Assembly: GCF_011745625.1 (NCBI RefSeq)
Contig: NW_027191452.1
Coordinates: 620,001-684,000 of the forward strand
DNA length: 64,000 nt
Source: Cladosporium halotolerans
Taxonomy: Eukaryota
Reading direction: 5' to 3'
Under the pieces are notes generated by a model. That model saw only the letters and a program-made list of their open reading frames with translations, was not told where the DNA came from and ran no database searches. Every line of letters starts with the position of its first letter. Position 1 is the stretch's first letter. Below, piece by piece: positions 12,097 through 23,519 of this stretch. Made by a program: the position numbers and the translations under genes.

Positions 12097-14038
12097 CTTT
12101 CCTTTTGCCTTTTGCCCCACCTATAATCGATTATGATGCGAGCAGCTTACGTTTTGCAATCTGAGATATCAAGTGGCGGCTCGTCTGAAAAGTGAGGTCT
12201 AGAATTCGGAAGGTTGCCATGCACACAGCTTTCACTACCTAGAATCAAATAGAGACGTACAACGTCTCGATGGCCTTCCATGCGTCTGTGAATTCAACGT
12301 GTCTATACGGACGTGCGATTTCTACAAGGAGCAGTTTCAAGAGCCAACGGCGAGCGCACGGGTGGACACAGCCTGCCTTGAGCGGAGGCACGAAGGTAGT
12401 TGCTTCGAGATCGGCTCCGGCAACACAATTATAACAGGCCATAGCATATCAGCCAAGTGGGACGGTCATTTCACGAACACGAAGTTGGGTCACGGGCGGC
12501 AAAAGGTGGAGAGCGCCTCCAAGTCTACAGTACGAATGCCAGAAGATGAAGTCCCGCGCCGAGCGACGAGTCGTGAAGAGAACCGCACGCCGTGGTTCGT
12601 AAGAGGATTGGCAACGTCCACGAATTGGCGTTGAGGCCTTGGTGCTAAGTGTCTCCCGGCCTTGGAACGGCTGGGAGGAGGAAACAGCGATGCGTGGCAT
12701 GGCTTCTCGGATGATGGCCGGAGATGGCCTGCCTACCTTATTGGCGCGCGTGACCGTTGGGGAATTTGATTGATGAGGGGGATCGCGGCAATTGTTGCAC
12801 TTCTGCAGACGACATCACTCATTTCGCAAGCCGCTATAGGGAAAGACATCAAGATCTTGGATTTAGTATGTCATCGTGTGATCGCAGGGACCGGGCTCTA
12901 TTTGTTTGTTGATGTTGCTTGTTCCCTGGCGCGGAATGGAAGGACACGCGCCGAACAAGTGCGGTCGCGGAAGCCAACATTGTCACCACGAATTGGCTTT
13001 GCGCTAACGCAAGGAACGCGGACGAGGCCGATCAGGGCGCGACAAGGTTGATCTGCCGGGCCAGACCTGCCTCGAGGTGCGCACTCCGTCTCTTGCGTCG
13101 TGGAGCGAGTCTTGGACGTTGAGGCTCTTGGAAGCTTGCTGCGCAGTGCGCAGTGCGCCAGACGGCTGGACGGGAGCGGCGCAAGCAGGCGGTGCCACGT
13201 TCGCGGGCGCTTCGTCAAGGGAGATGAAACAAATGTGACGGGGTGCTAGGGACGCGCGCCAGAGGGGTGCGCTACGCCTGTCACGTGCGGCGGTGCACTA
13301 CCGTACATAGCAACGCTACGCTCGTGACTGCGGGCTGGAGGCGAGTCAAGTGAAGCAGTGCAGAAACGCTTGTCGAATTGCGGCGGGTCGTGAGCCAACG
13401 GCATTGTTCTAGACCGCTGGGGGGGTTGATCTCAACTTCGCGCACTTGCGCGCACCTTCGTCGACGGCGGTCGAACACACGGCGGAGGAGGCATTGGCGA
13501 CGGGATTGGCGAGCGAAAGTATTGCAGAGGGATATAGGCGCATTGTCACGTCTGGCTCCAGACGCGTCGCTGAGCTGCGGCTGGCCGGCGGGTGGCGTCG
13601 AGGCTCATCTCGCTAACCTCGTGAACCCCAGCTGTGCCAGCGCGCGCTAACCCGATCGGGCCCAATGGCAGTCGGGACGCGCCTGCCAACCTGGCTCCCT
13701 CGCTCCCTGAGGCCTGCCCGCCCGCCGCCTTTTCTCCTCCCTGTCCCTGTCGACAACCACCTTCGCTTCCTCCCCAGGCCTGACGCTGTGAGCTGCCCTT
13801 CTCTTCCCTACCACGCCCGCTTCCACCTGGAGCCTTGCCTCCAATTCACTCTTTGGAACCTCCCGTCCCCACACCTGGCGCCAACAAACAAAACGCTGGC
13901 AATTTGCCCTCATTCTTTCACAACAACCCCATTGACCGCCCCTGCGCGCCTGGCCCAGCCTCATCAATCTCGTGCAACATCCCCAACGACCTCCAGCATC
14001 TCTCGCCCATCCCAAGCTTCACCGCGTAGACATCTACA

Positions 14039-15417
14039 ATGAAGCACGCAGTCATCGCAGCCCTCGGCGCTGCCGTCGCCTCCGCCCACCAGCACGGCCA
14101 CCAGCACCTCCACCACGCCAAGCGCGACCAGTCGACTCCCGTCGATGTTGTCAGCGTCCCTGGGCCGACCGTCGTCGTCTACGAGCTCAATGGTCGCCTG
14201 ATCACCGAAGATGAGGTCCAGCGCGGCCTCCAGAACGGCAGCCTCGTGATGGCCAGCGACGGCCAGCTCTCCTCGGCCGCGCCTTCCAGCTACGCTGCGC
14301 CTTCCACCCAGGCTGCCTATGTCGCACCCACTTCCAGCAGCTCCTCCGTCTGGATCGAGCCCGCGTCTACCGTTGTCCTTTCTTCCTCGTCCACCGTTGA
14401 GCCGTCTAGCGCATACGCTGCGCCGTCTTCCTACGCGGCTCCGGCTCCTTCCAAGGACACTCCCCAGTCCTACGGCTCCTCCAGCGACGACGACGACGAA
14501 GATGACGGCAACCACCCTGGCACCGGCGTTGATGAGGATTTTCCCGATGGCGAGCTCGACTGCAGCCACTTCCCGGAGGACTACGGCGCGATTCCTGTTG
14601 ACTGGATGGGTCTTGGTGGTTGGACTGGCATTCAGCAGCCTGGCGGTTTCATGGGCGGCTTCGCCAACATCAAGACTGCCCTTACCGGCGAGAGCTGCAC
14701 TGAGGGTGCTTACTGCTCCTACGCCTGCCCCGCTGGCTACCAGAAGTCCCAGTGGCCTTCTGACCAGGGCGCTACTGGCCAGTCCATTGGTGGTGTCCAC
14801 TGCAAGGGTGGCAAGCTCCACCTGACCAACACCGCCATGTCCAGCAAGCTTTGCATGTCTGGCACTGACAAGGTCGAGGTCAAGGTCGAGAACAAGCTTG
14901 GCCAGAACGTCGCCGTCTGCCGTACCGACTACCCTGGTACCGAGGGCGAGACTGTTCCTCTTAACACCATGCCTGGCAAGACCTACCCTCTGACCTGCCC
15001 CGATGCCGACAACTACTACAACTGGCAGGGTGGCAAGACTAGCGCTCAGTACTACGTCAACCCGGCCGGTGTTGCCATGAAGGATGCCTGCCAGTGGGGC
15101 TCTGACGCCAACCCCTGGGGCAACTTCGCCCCCATGAACCTGGGTGTTGGTTTCAGCAACGGCCGTGCCTGGCTGTCCATCTTCCAGAACTCTCCCACCA
15201 CTGACGCTAAGCTTGAGTTCTCCGTTGAGCTCAAGGGTGACGACATGAGCGGTTCCTGCAAGTACTCCAACGGCCAGTACTGCTCCGACACCGGCTGCAG
15301 CTCCACCACTGGTTGCACTGTAAGTTATCTTGTATTGCTTCATCATATCCTTACCCTCACTAATCATCCACCCAGGTCTCCGTCGGCTCTGGCACTGCCA
15401 CTTTCGTCTTCTCTTAG
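14039..15417 (+). CDS. Secreted SUN-family (GH132) beta-1,3-glucanase; intron 15320-15375
   Basis: Signal peptide, HQHGHQHLHH..KR, Ser/Ala-rich linker, and SUN domain (FPDGELDCS.F, GLGGWTGIQ, CSYACPAGYQKSQWP, CRTDYPGTE, SAQYYVN). Spliced end is VSVGSGTATFVFS*. Confidence 0.93.
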
Positions 15418-16605
15418 ATGCAAAGACCAAGAACCATGCAGCATGCGAGTTTCCGACTCCCACCTCTTGCGTAGCACTTACACGAAGAGGCACCTGGCGT
15501 GCATCTACTCCTAGCCCTTGACATTTCCGGCCGACCTGGCGGGCACTCCTCGGCCATGTACATGACTGATCACATCTATACCGTTGCCAAAAGTGCCTTT
15601 CAAACCCGCTTCAAGTCTCTCGGCCGGCCCTGAGTAGACCGCTGCACGAAACAACTCCAGCATCAACACAACCAGCCTCACTTCAGCGACAGGGAACAAC
15701 AGCACGGTCAAAACATTTGGTTATCTTCTTTTTCTTGATTCAGTTGCCACCAGCCCCCAATTTCGTATCCGAAGCTCGAGCGGTTTCGCGAAGCAAAGTT
15801 TTTGATCTTTTCTGCGCTGTTTCCGATTTCTTTCCTTTACGTCAGCTTCATGAACGAAAGCAGGGGGAGGGCAGAGGGAGCCTGGTTGACAAGGGTTGTG
15901 AATAAGCTCTTCGGAAAGATGAAGGAGGGGAGGGGGTCCTTATACCTTTCTACTTCTCACCACGCTCTCACGGGAATTCCGCAAAGGTGAAGCATCTGAT
16001 AGCCGAAAAACAGCTTCCTGATCATGCCTTTGCGGGGGATTCTGCTAGTTGAGGAGCGTGGCACGATTTGATTTTGTGTCCGCTTTTGTACATAATGTCT
16101 TTTTTGACTTTACTTCGGCTTCGTCCGCTTTGATAGTTAATGTTAAGTGTCTTCGCTCAATCGACTCTTCACGTTTCCGCGGCTTCTGTGTTGTTTAATG
16201 GTGTTGATACGGGTTTAGATGTGCCCCTGTGGTGGGATGTTGGCCTGGTTCATGTGCAACTGTCCTCCCCTCGTTTAGCTGCGACTTTTTGCTGCCCGTC
16301 TCTGTTTTAAAGAACTGGTATCCGCGTCTTGAGTAAGATTGCCGCGCGAGCCTCGTACGTAGGCTGAATGCACGCACGAGAAGCTAAAATCCCGTGTGCA
16401 CTGAGTGGAATCAATAAGAACTCACTGCAAACGGACGCATAGACATCGAGCCGATTGCCTTGCCTTGCGCAAGCGAATGATGGACCGTCGGAGAATGAAT
16501 CTATCCATTGAAATCTCTCTTTTTGATTTCTCGCCGCGTCCGCTAAAGTAAAGACGGCAAATTTTTTCATAACTGCATACCTGCCTCCTCCAGCTTCCCA
16601 CCACC

Positions 16606-17989
16606 TTACCTCGCGCCCAACTTCTCCAGGGCCCGCGCGCCCTGCTCCTCCCACTCCGCCTTGCTGACCCACATGTTGTCGCGCTCCGCCATGATGTTCG
16701 CCAGCACCGCGCCGCCAAGGAACACCATGTGGCGGCGGCGCGGCGGGTCCTCGATGCGCACCTTGAACTTGTCGAGCCGCTCCGGGTTGCCGCCGAGCAC
16801 CTTGTGCAGCCACAGCTGCTTGATCTCCTTCTCCATACGCGACGGCAGGCCCGGGTACATGCTGCTGCCGCCGGAGAGGACGATGGCGCGGTAGAGGGAG
16901 GAGCGGATGTCGACGTCCGCGGCCTGGATCGTGTTGAAGAGGAACTCGGCGATGCCGGGCTGCTCGACGTCGACGAGGTGCGGCTGGAAGAGGCACTCGG
17001 GCGCTTCGAAGCGCTCGCTGCCCACGCGGATCGTGCGGCCGTCGGGCAGCGTGTAGGTCTCGACTAGAGTGGTGGTGTCTTCGCTGAGCTTCTGGTCGAG
17101 CGCCAGGTCGTAGCTGACGTAGCAGAGCTTCTCCTTGATGGCGCGGACGGTCTCGAAGTCGGCGGTGCGGTTGAGGGCATAGCCGCGGCGCAGCAGGAGC
17201 GAGATGAGGTTGCGGGTGACGTCGCGGCCGGCGACGTCGAGGCGGCGGGTCAGGTGGTTGAGGACGGTGGACTCGTAGACGGGGACGATGTGCGTGACGC
17301 CGTCGCCGGAGTCGACGACGACGCCCGACGACAGGCCCTGCGCGTACAGCGCCAGCACCGCCTGGATCGCCACGTACACGCCGCCGAAGTTGTAGCGCTC
17401 GAACATCACCTCGCACATGTGCTCGCGGTTCTTCAGCGGGTTCATCGGCGGCTCCGTCAGCAGGATCTTGCGCCCCGTCGGGTCGATCTTCATCTTCTCG
17501 AAGAATGTGTAGTCCCACAGGTGCTGCATGTCGTCCCATCGCTTTACTATGCCGTTCTCCATCTATGGTTCCGAAGAGTGTGGTGTTAGCGAGCTTCGCC
17601 CTCCGATTTCAATTGTTTGTCCCCTCCTTCGACTGTCGGTGTGGTCGCGGCATACCGGGTAGGTGATCTGTAGCATTGATCTCGCGGCGGCGGCCTCGTC
17701 GCCGCACATGATGTCCTTGAGCACCACATCGCCGGGCGCCTGCTCTTCTGTTCGGAGGATGGGTCGGCCGATGATTGAGGGGTATTGGTGGTCAGGGAAG
17801 TTCTGGATGGTCGGTCTTAGTTGAAGTTCCAGTGCTGCGCATGTATGAAGGTTATGCGAGAGCGTACCGTGCCGGCGAAACCAGCCTTGAGGAAACCGGT
17901 ACCTCCGTCGAGGACTATGCGGTGGAGTTAGCAAGCTGGCATTGGGTGTTGAGAGGCCGGCCGACGTTACCGATGGGCGACTCCGCCAT
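16606..17989 (-). CDS. ARP2: Actin-related protein 2 (Arp2/3 complex); introns 17915-17970, 17803-17867, 17563-17655
   Basis: Spliced [21 protein letters not shown]. Motifs [23 protein letters not shown] and [19 protein letters not shown]. Confidence 0.96.
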
Positions 17990-18391
17990 GTTGTTTGTGT
18001 CCTCGAGGATGCGACCGGTGAGAAAGAGAGGGGGAAGGTGGAAGGAGAGATGTTGAGGTCGTGTATCGAGCAATCAATCAGTGCGGTAGTAGGGTGTAGT
18101 GCAAGCTGATCGTGCCCAAGTCGCCCTGCCTGGCGGCCTGGAGAGACATGTGGGGAGGCTGCGACGTCTCGCCTCGCCAAGAGCCGTCTGTCGTCAACGG
18201 GGAGAGCTGCCAGCTGCCAGCTGCCGTGACGAAGGCCGGCCTCGGCTTCTGCGCGAATTCATTGACGTCTTCCAATCAATTCTCAATCAAATTATCAAGT
18301 CTTGCACCCATTCAGCTATTCCTTTACATCCTCACCATCCACCACCTCCCCAAAAACGTTACACAAGAACATCTGCAAAACACCCACAACA

Positions 18392-18640
18392 ATGGCCCGC
18401 GCGCCCCGCCTCTCCGGCCTCCAACGCGACGTCCTCTCCCTCTACCGGCGCTGCCTGCGCGCCGCGCGCACGAAGCCCGCCTCCACGCGGCCCAACTTCG
18501 AGGCCTTCGCGCGCCGCGAGTTCGGTCGCAACGTGGGCGTCGACAAGAAGGACTTTGGCGCAATTGAATTTCTGCTGCGCAAGGGACAAAAACAGTTGGA
18601 GGTGTACGAGGCACCGGGGATTACGAATATTGCTGGGTGA
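18392..18640 (+). CDS. SDH6: LYR-motif succinate dehydrogenase assembly factor 1 (Sdh6/SDHAF1)
   Basis: RLSGLQRDVLSLYRRCLR..F..FARREF..VDKKDF.AIEFLLRKG signature; ACA ATG G context. Confidence 0.88.
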   Translation: MARAPRLSGLQRDVLSLYRRCLRAARTKPASTRPNFEAFARREFGRNVGVDKKDFGAIEFLLRKGQKQLEVYEAPGITNIAG

Positions 18641-19720
18641 TGAGGGAGGAATTGAGAGACGACGGGACTGGTTTCGATTGGAACGATTGGCGAGGATGTC
18701 GGGGATGGAATGTCTTGCGCACTGGATGGGGACTTATGCCGGGGCGGGATGCTGAAGTGGAGGAAGATGAAGTCGACTGAGTCTTCCGAATACACGGGCG
18801 GTAGGAACCGATTTCGACGCAACATGGACGACCGCCTCTGCTGCCCAGCCGTCTAACACCCTTTTGAAGCGCAAGCGAACACCAGATGACGAGCACCCAA
18901 CGAGACTACCGAACATCACATTCCTTCCAGACAGAACGACCTACGCGCTGCTCTCCGACCTGACCACAGGACGCAATTTCAAGCCATCAGCCTCGAAGCA
19001 CTGTCAAGCTACGAAGGCGGATCGGAACAAGCAGAATCCGGAACCAAGACCCGGAGGGAACCCAAGCCGAAGCTACAGATCACTGCGCGATTGGGGGCAA
19101 ATGACCCACTGTGGCACTCGATAAGCAGGATTGGATTCATTGCGACGGAGAGCCATTGGATACATACACTGGCAGCACAAGCATCTCATGCGACGGTCTT
19201 GCGAGGGTTAGGGTTGGGATAGTTTGCTGGAACGGTCAAAGAACGCTGATTGGTCCATATCTAGCGGACGCTAGCTTGTGTCGCTTCCCGCAGGCCCTCG
19301 CGAACATTATAGGGTTAGGGTTCGACCTCCTCGGGGTCACGAGCCTGTCCCCCAACAGGCCGAGCTCGTCCCGGAGACCTCGTCGCAGTGCTCTCGAGCT
19401 CGCGTCGTATTGGTCGCGAAGTCCGGAAAATATGATTGCCAGTGAGAGCGCAAGAGTCGAGGGCTCTACGAACGCGCACGCAAATAGACGGTTTTGGCTC
19501 GTTCGAGGAAATGCTAGCAGAAAGGAATGTATGATGAGAAAACACTTGGGACTAGTTCCATTGGGCTCGAAGACTCCTAGTATGCAAGTATGACGATTCA
19601 CAAGAAAACCAAAAAAAAAAAAAAAGTGAAGAAAGACCCAACCGATATACGATTAATCCTTCAACATTTCAACATCCCCTCCTTGTTATTTCGACATCTG
19701 ATTCACATCTCATCCCAACT

Positions 19721-21253
19721 CTACAGGAGAGAAGCGCCGAAGAGCGAGCTGACGAGGACGACAGCAGCGCAGACGAGAGGAGCCTTGCCCATCTCGCCCA
19801 TGATGAGGGAGTTGGCGGCGGACGCGGAGCCGGAAGCGTCAGCGGAACCGCTGCTGGAGCTGCCGGAGTCAGAAGAGCCAGAGGCGTTAGAAGCGACGCC
19901 AGTGACGCTGCCGGAGCCGGGTTGGGCGGTGGTGGTGGATCCGCCGCCGGCCTGCTGGGAACCAGAGCCCTGGAGACCGGGGCCCTTGCCGGCGCCCTCC
20001 TTGAGGTACTTCTCGGCACCGTCGGGCATGGCGGGCAGGTCGGCGCCGTTGAAGTCCTTGACGTTCCAGGAGTCGCTGTTCTTGGGGCACTCGCTGGCCT
20101 TGCCGTCGGTCTTGGCACCGCCGTCGCCCTCGGGAGCGGGGTTGTCCTTGTACATCTGCTGCAGGGCCTTGAAGTCGTCGTTCTCGGTCACGGAGTTGCC
20201 GTTGATCTTGACGAGACCGTAGCCGGAGTCCTCGACGGAGTACTCGTAGACGAGACCGCCGGAGTAGACGGCGGACATGTCCTGGTCGTAGATGGACTTC
20301 ACGGCGCCGAAGGTACGCTTGTTGGTGTTGCAACCGTACTCAGAAAGGCTGGGGAGGAGAGTCAGTACAGGTAGGTTAATCTTCAGGACGGGTGAAACTG
20401 CTTACAAAAGAGGAATGCTGTAGTCGCCGTACTGCTTGACCTTCTGGTCCCAGCCGGACTTGGTGAAGGAAGACGGGTCGCACCAGGAGTAGTCGTTGAA
20501 GGCGTAGAAGTCGGAGCGCTGGTCGTCGGTACCGCAGTTCATGTACTGGGCCATCTCGAAGCGGTTGCTCTCGACATCGGCGGCGGAGTAACCGACGGGG
20601 ATCTTACGGTAGCCGCGGGTGCCAATGTACTGCCTCAGGTCACGGGTGACAGCCTTGACGTAGGGAGCACAGCTAGTGGTCTTGTCGTCGTTGATGACCT
20701 CGTTACCGGAGAAGAAGAGAAGGGTGTTGTCGTAGTTGGCGAAAGCGTCAACGGTGGCGAACAAGCTCTGGAGGTAGACCTTGTTGTAGGACGCGCCGGG
20801 CTCGGCACGGTTGAGGGAGTACTTGGGGGTGTTCACATCGAGGGCGAGGTAGATGCCGGCATCGGCGAGCGCGGACATACACTCGTCGTGGTTGGCAGAG
20901 TTGTCGACGGTGTAGACACGGACGGTGTTGATTCCCAGCTTCTTGAACTCCTCGACGTCGCGCTTGCAGCCGTCAACGTCCGCGATGGGGTCCTTAGCCT
21001 CAGAGGAACCGCCGGGCTGGTAGTCAACACCGCGGATGTAGAAGCGCTTGTCACCGGCGTAGAAGGCTGTGGTATGAAGTCAGCATGCGATCTAGATTCT
21101 GGCAATGGAGTCGCGCATACCATTGCCCTTGACGGTGACGGTGGGAACGCTGCCGGAGCTGGTGCCAGAGGCGCGGGCCTCAAGCTTGGCCGGGGTGGCG
21201 GCGGCGCTGGCGAGCGCGGCGGTGGCCGCGGCGATAGCGATGGAGCCCTTCAT
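19721..21253 (-). CDS. GEL1: GPI-anchored 1,3-beta-glucanosyltransferase (GH72, Gel1/Gas5-type, no CBM43); introns 21067-21120, 20349-20405
   Basis: Signal peptide, RFYIRGVDYQPG, FFSGNEVIN, PVGYSAAD, FLSEYGCN, SGGLVYEY, Ser/Gly-rich tail and hydrophobic GPI signal. Confidence 0.93.
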
Positions 21254-23519
21254 TTTGCGTGATGAGGATAGTAGTGCTGCGGAGGCGAGAAAAGTGAAGT
21301 GTGAATTCAGAAAGGATTTCCGGTCGTGCTGAGGCGGATCGGAAGTATCCAAGGAAGGCGAACGGGTGGTCAGGAGTGAGAGAGTGACTGGTGAAGCGCA
21401 ATTAGAAGAAGTAGCGAAGGACGACAACGAAAGTAACGAAGGTGCTGTGAATCCTCGACCGCAGGAAGAAGGAAGCCTTGGTGAGGAGGAAGAAGGGAAG
21501 AGGGAGGCGGTGGTGAAGGGGGTTCGCGTGAGGATATGCTGCAGCAGCGCGCGCCCCAATCCAGGGTCGCCGCTCGTGTAGGCCGGCTGGCCGTCTCGGT
21601 CCTCCTTTCCACAGGCCAATCTGAGGCAGGCCAGGCCGCTCCTCAGGCCCACCCCCCGCCCGCGATTACGACGCCCCGCCCGTCGACTTGGCGCGGGCCA
21701 ATCTCACGCTTTGCCTCGCGATCACTCTGAAACTGCACGCCAAACAGGCTGGTGGGAAGCAAATGGCGATGTGCAGGGTTGGGGTGCTCAGGAGGCCGCT
21801 GGTTGGCAGGCGTGCTTTGGGTGTGTCCATAGTACTGCCGCACCATCGCTCTCCGGTGGCAGCGAAATGTACACCTTACCCGAGCGCCATGTACTTTCTC
21901 TCATACTGCCCATGTACATAGGTAGCATGTCAGCAACGTCCTCACAACGCCCGCATGTCCCCTCCCGTCCCCCCAAGAAGCGCGCATTTGCTTGTCTCCC
22001 CAGCCAAGCCGAAGCTTCGCATCGGGCTGCACGCGCGGCGCCCACCCCACGCACGGGCCCCTCCGCACCTCAGGCTCGCGCGCCATCCTCCACGATCCGC
22101 GCCAGCAAATCTCCAACGCTCCATCCGCCGCGCGCGAGTGAATTGTGACGTGGTGGCTGTGTCTCGTTAGCAGAACAATGGCATGACGTCGGGGTGCTAT
22201 TCTTTGCTTCATCTGCTCGTGCGCGCTCTGTTTGCTGAGGTGAGAGTGCGAGGGAGGGAGCTCAACGAAGATCGGCGCGCAGAGCTGCCGAAAGGCGGAA
22301 GCGCCGAGGCGAGATCCCGTGCTGGAGCCCAGTCTTTCGCGCTGCTTGGCTGCGGAACAAGAAAAGGACAAGCGCCTTAGGGTGTTGGCGGATGCAGTCT
22401 TGTCTGGACGTCGTGGGTACTTGGAGGGATCCTGGGTATGGCTCTTGTATTGCTGGCTACCGCTGTACGTTAGGCGTCCGCAGACCTGGCATGCCTTGAT
22501 TTATTACTCGCCGTGAAGCTCCCTCACGGCTCGTTGAGAAGCCTGCTCGTAGTGCACGCTGGGTTTGCGGCCAATGGTCGATTGCTGACGGTACTTCCAC
22601 CGAAGTCTTTCGAGGTACCCTGCGAGCCCAGACAGCCAGACCTCACTCTTCGCTGCTCGCTCTCAAGGGTCCCGGCAGCCTTGCAGCCGCTTATCCTAGG
22701 TACTAGAATAACAACAAGACACAATCATTCATCTCACAACCGGAAGAAGTGGCACAAAACACAGTACGCAAACAGCTTCTCCCAAAACCAAAATGGCATT
22801 TGCATTTTCATTTTCATCTGCATCTCCAACCGCCTCTCATCTCCAAGAGACTCAAGATGTTCCCGTCTAATAGACCCATTGACACCTCAAGCCACCGCAA
22901 ACCAAAGCCACAGATTGCACACCACCCACCACCCACCAAAAAATCCGCAATCCAATCCAATCCAACCTCATAGCCCGCTCTGCTTGCTCCTTGTTCGCTG
23001 CCCGTGAACCTTGCCCCGAAGCACCCTTCCTCTTCTACTTTCGTGCCCGGATGACCCGACCGAAACCCGATGTATCCATTAAAAAATAAGAATGATGAAG
23101 CAAAAAACGCCTTCCCTCCTTTCCTCCTCTCGGAGGATCTTTCTGTCTTTCGAAAGCCAAAAATACCGGCATCGCTCGCGTTTCGCAAAAAAGAATGCAA
23201 GGGTTCAAAAAGTCGCCCAGAAGACAAAATAAAAGGTGTGATGCATGACGCAAAAGAATGTGGAGAAGAGGTAAGGTATCAATTTGTAGGTCGTAGTCGC
23301 TGACGAGGGCTGGGGTGGGCCCTGTGCAGGAGCTGAGGTGTGGGGTGAGTTGGGTGCGGAGTGAGGCCTGCTGTTTCGTGTTCCAGAGTGTCGGTGTTCC
23401 CGTCCGAGTGGTGCCATGGCGGTGTGGTTAAGGCAGATGTCCAACTCCTAGGGTATCCGGCGTCGACGAGGCTTGCAAAGTCATGCAGCGTGTGTGGAGT
23501 ATACCATACGCCCTCCCGC

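Noticed and set aside
12133..12188. C/D-like boxes downstream of tRNA-Pro
   Set aside because: Too short, degenerate C box and no recognisable rRNA complementarity.
13964..15493. 509-aa antisense ORF over the SUN gene, and similar long shadows over DBP5, ARP2, SFA1 and the GH36 gene
   Set aside because: Shadow ORFs caused by GC3 codon bias of the real gene; no independent motifs.
19205..19322. AACCCTAACCCT (minus strand) as a telomerase RNA template
   Set aside because: A ~2-kb minus-strand RNA from here would run through SDH6 and ARP2, and I saw no pseudoknot or CR4/5-like element.
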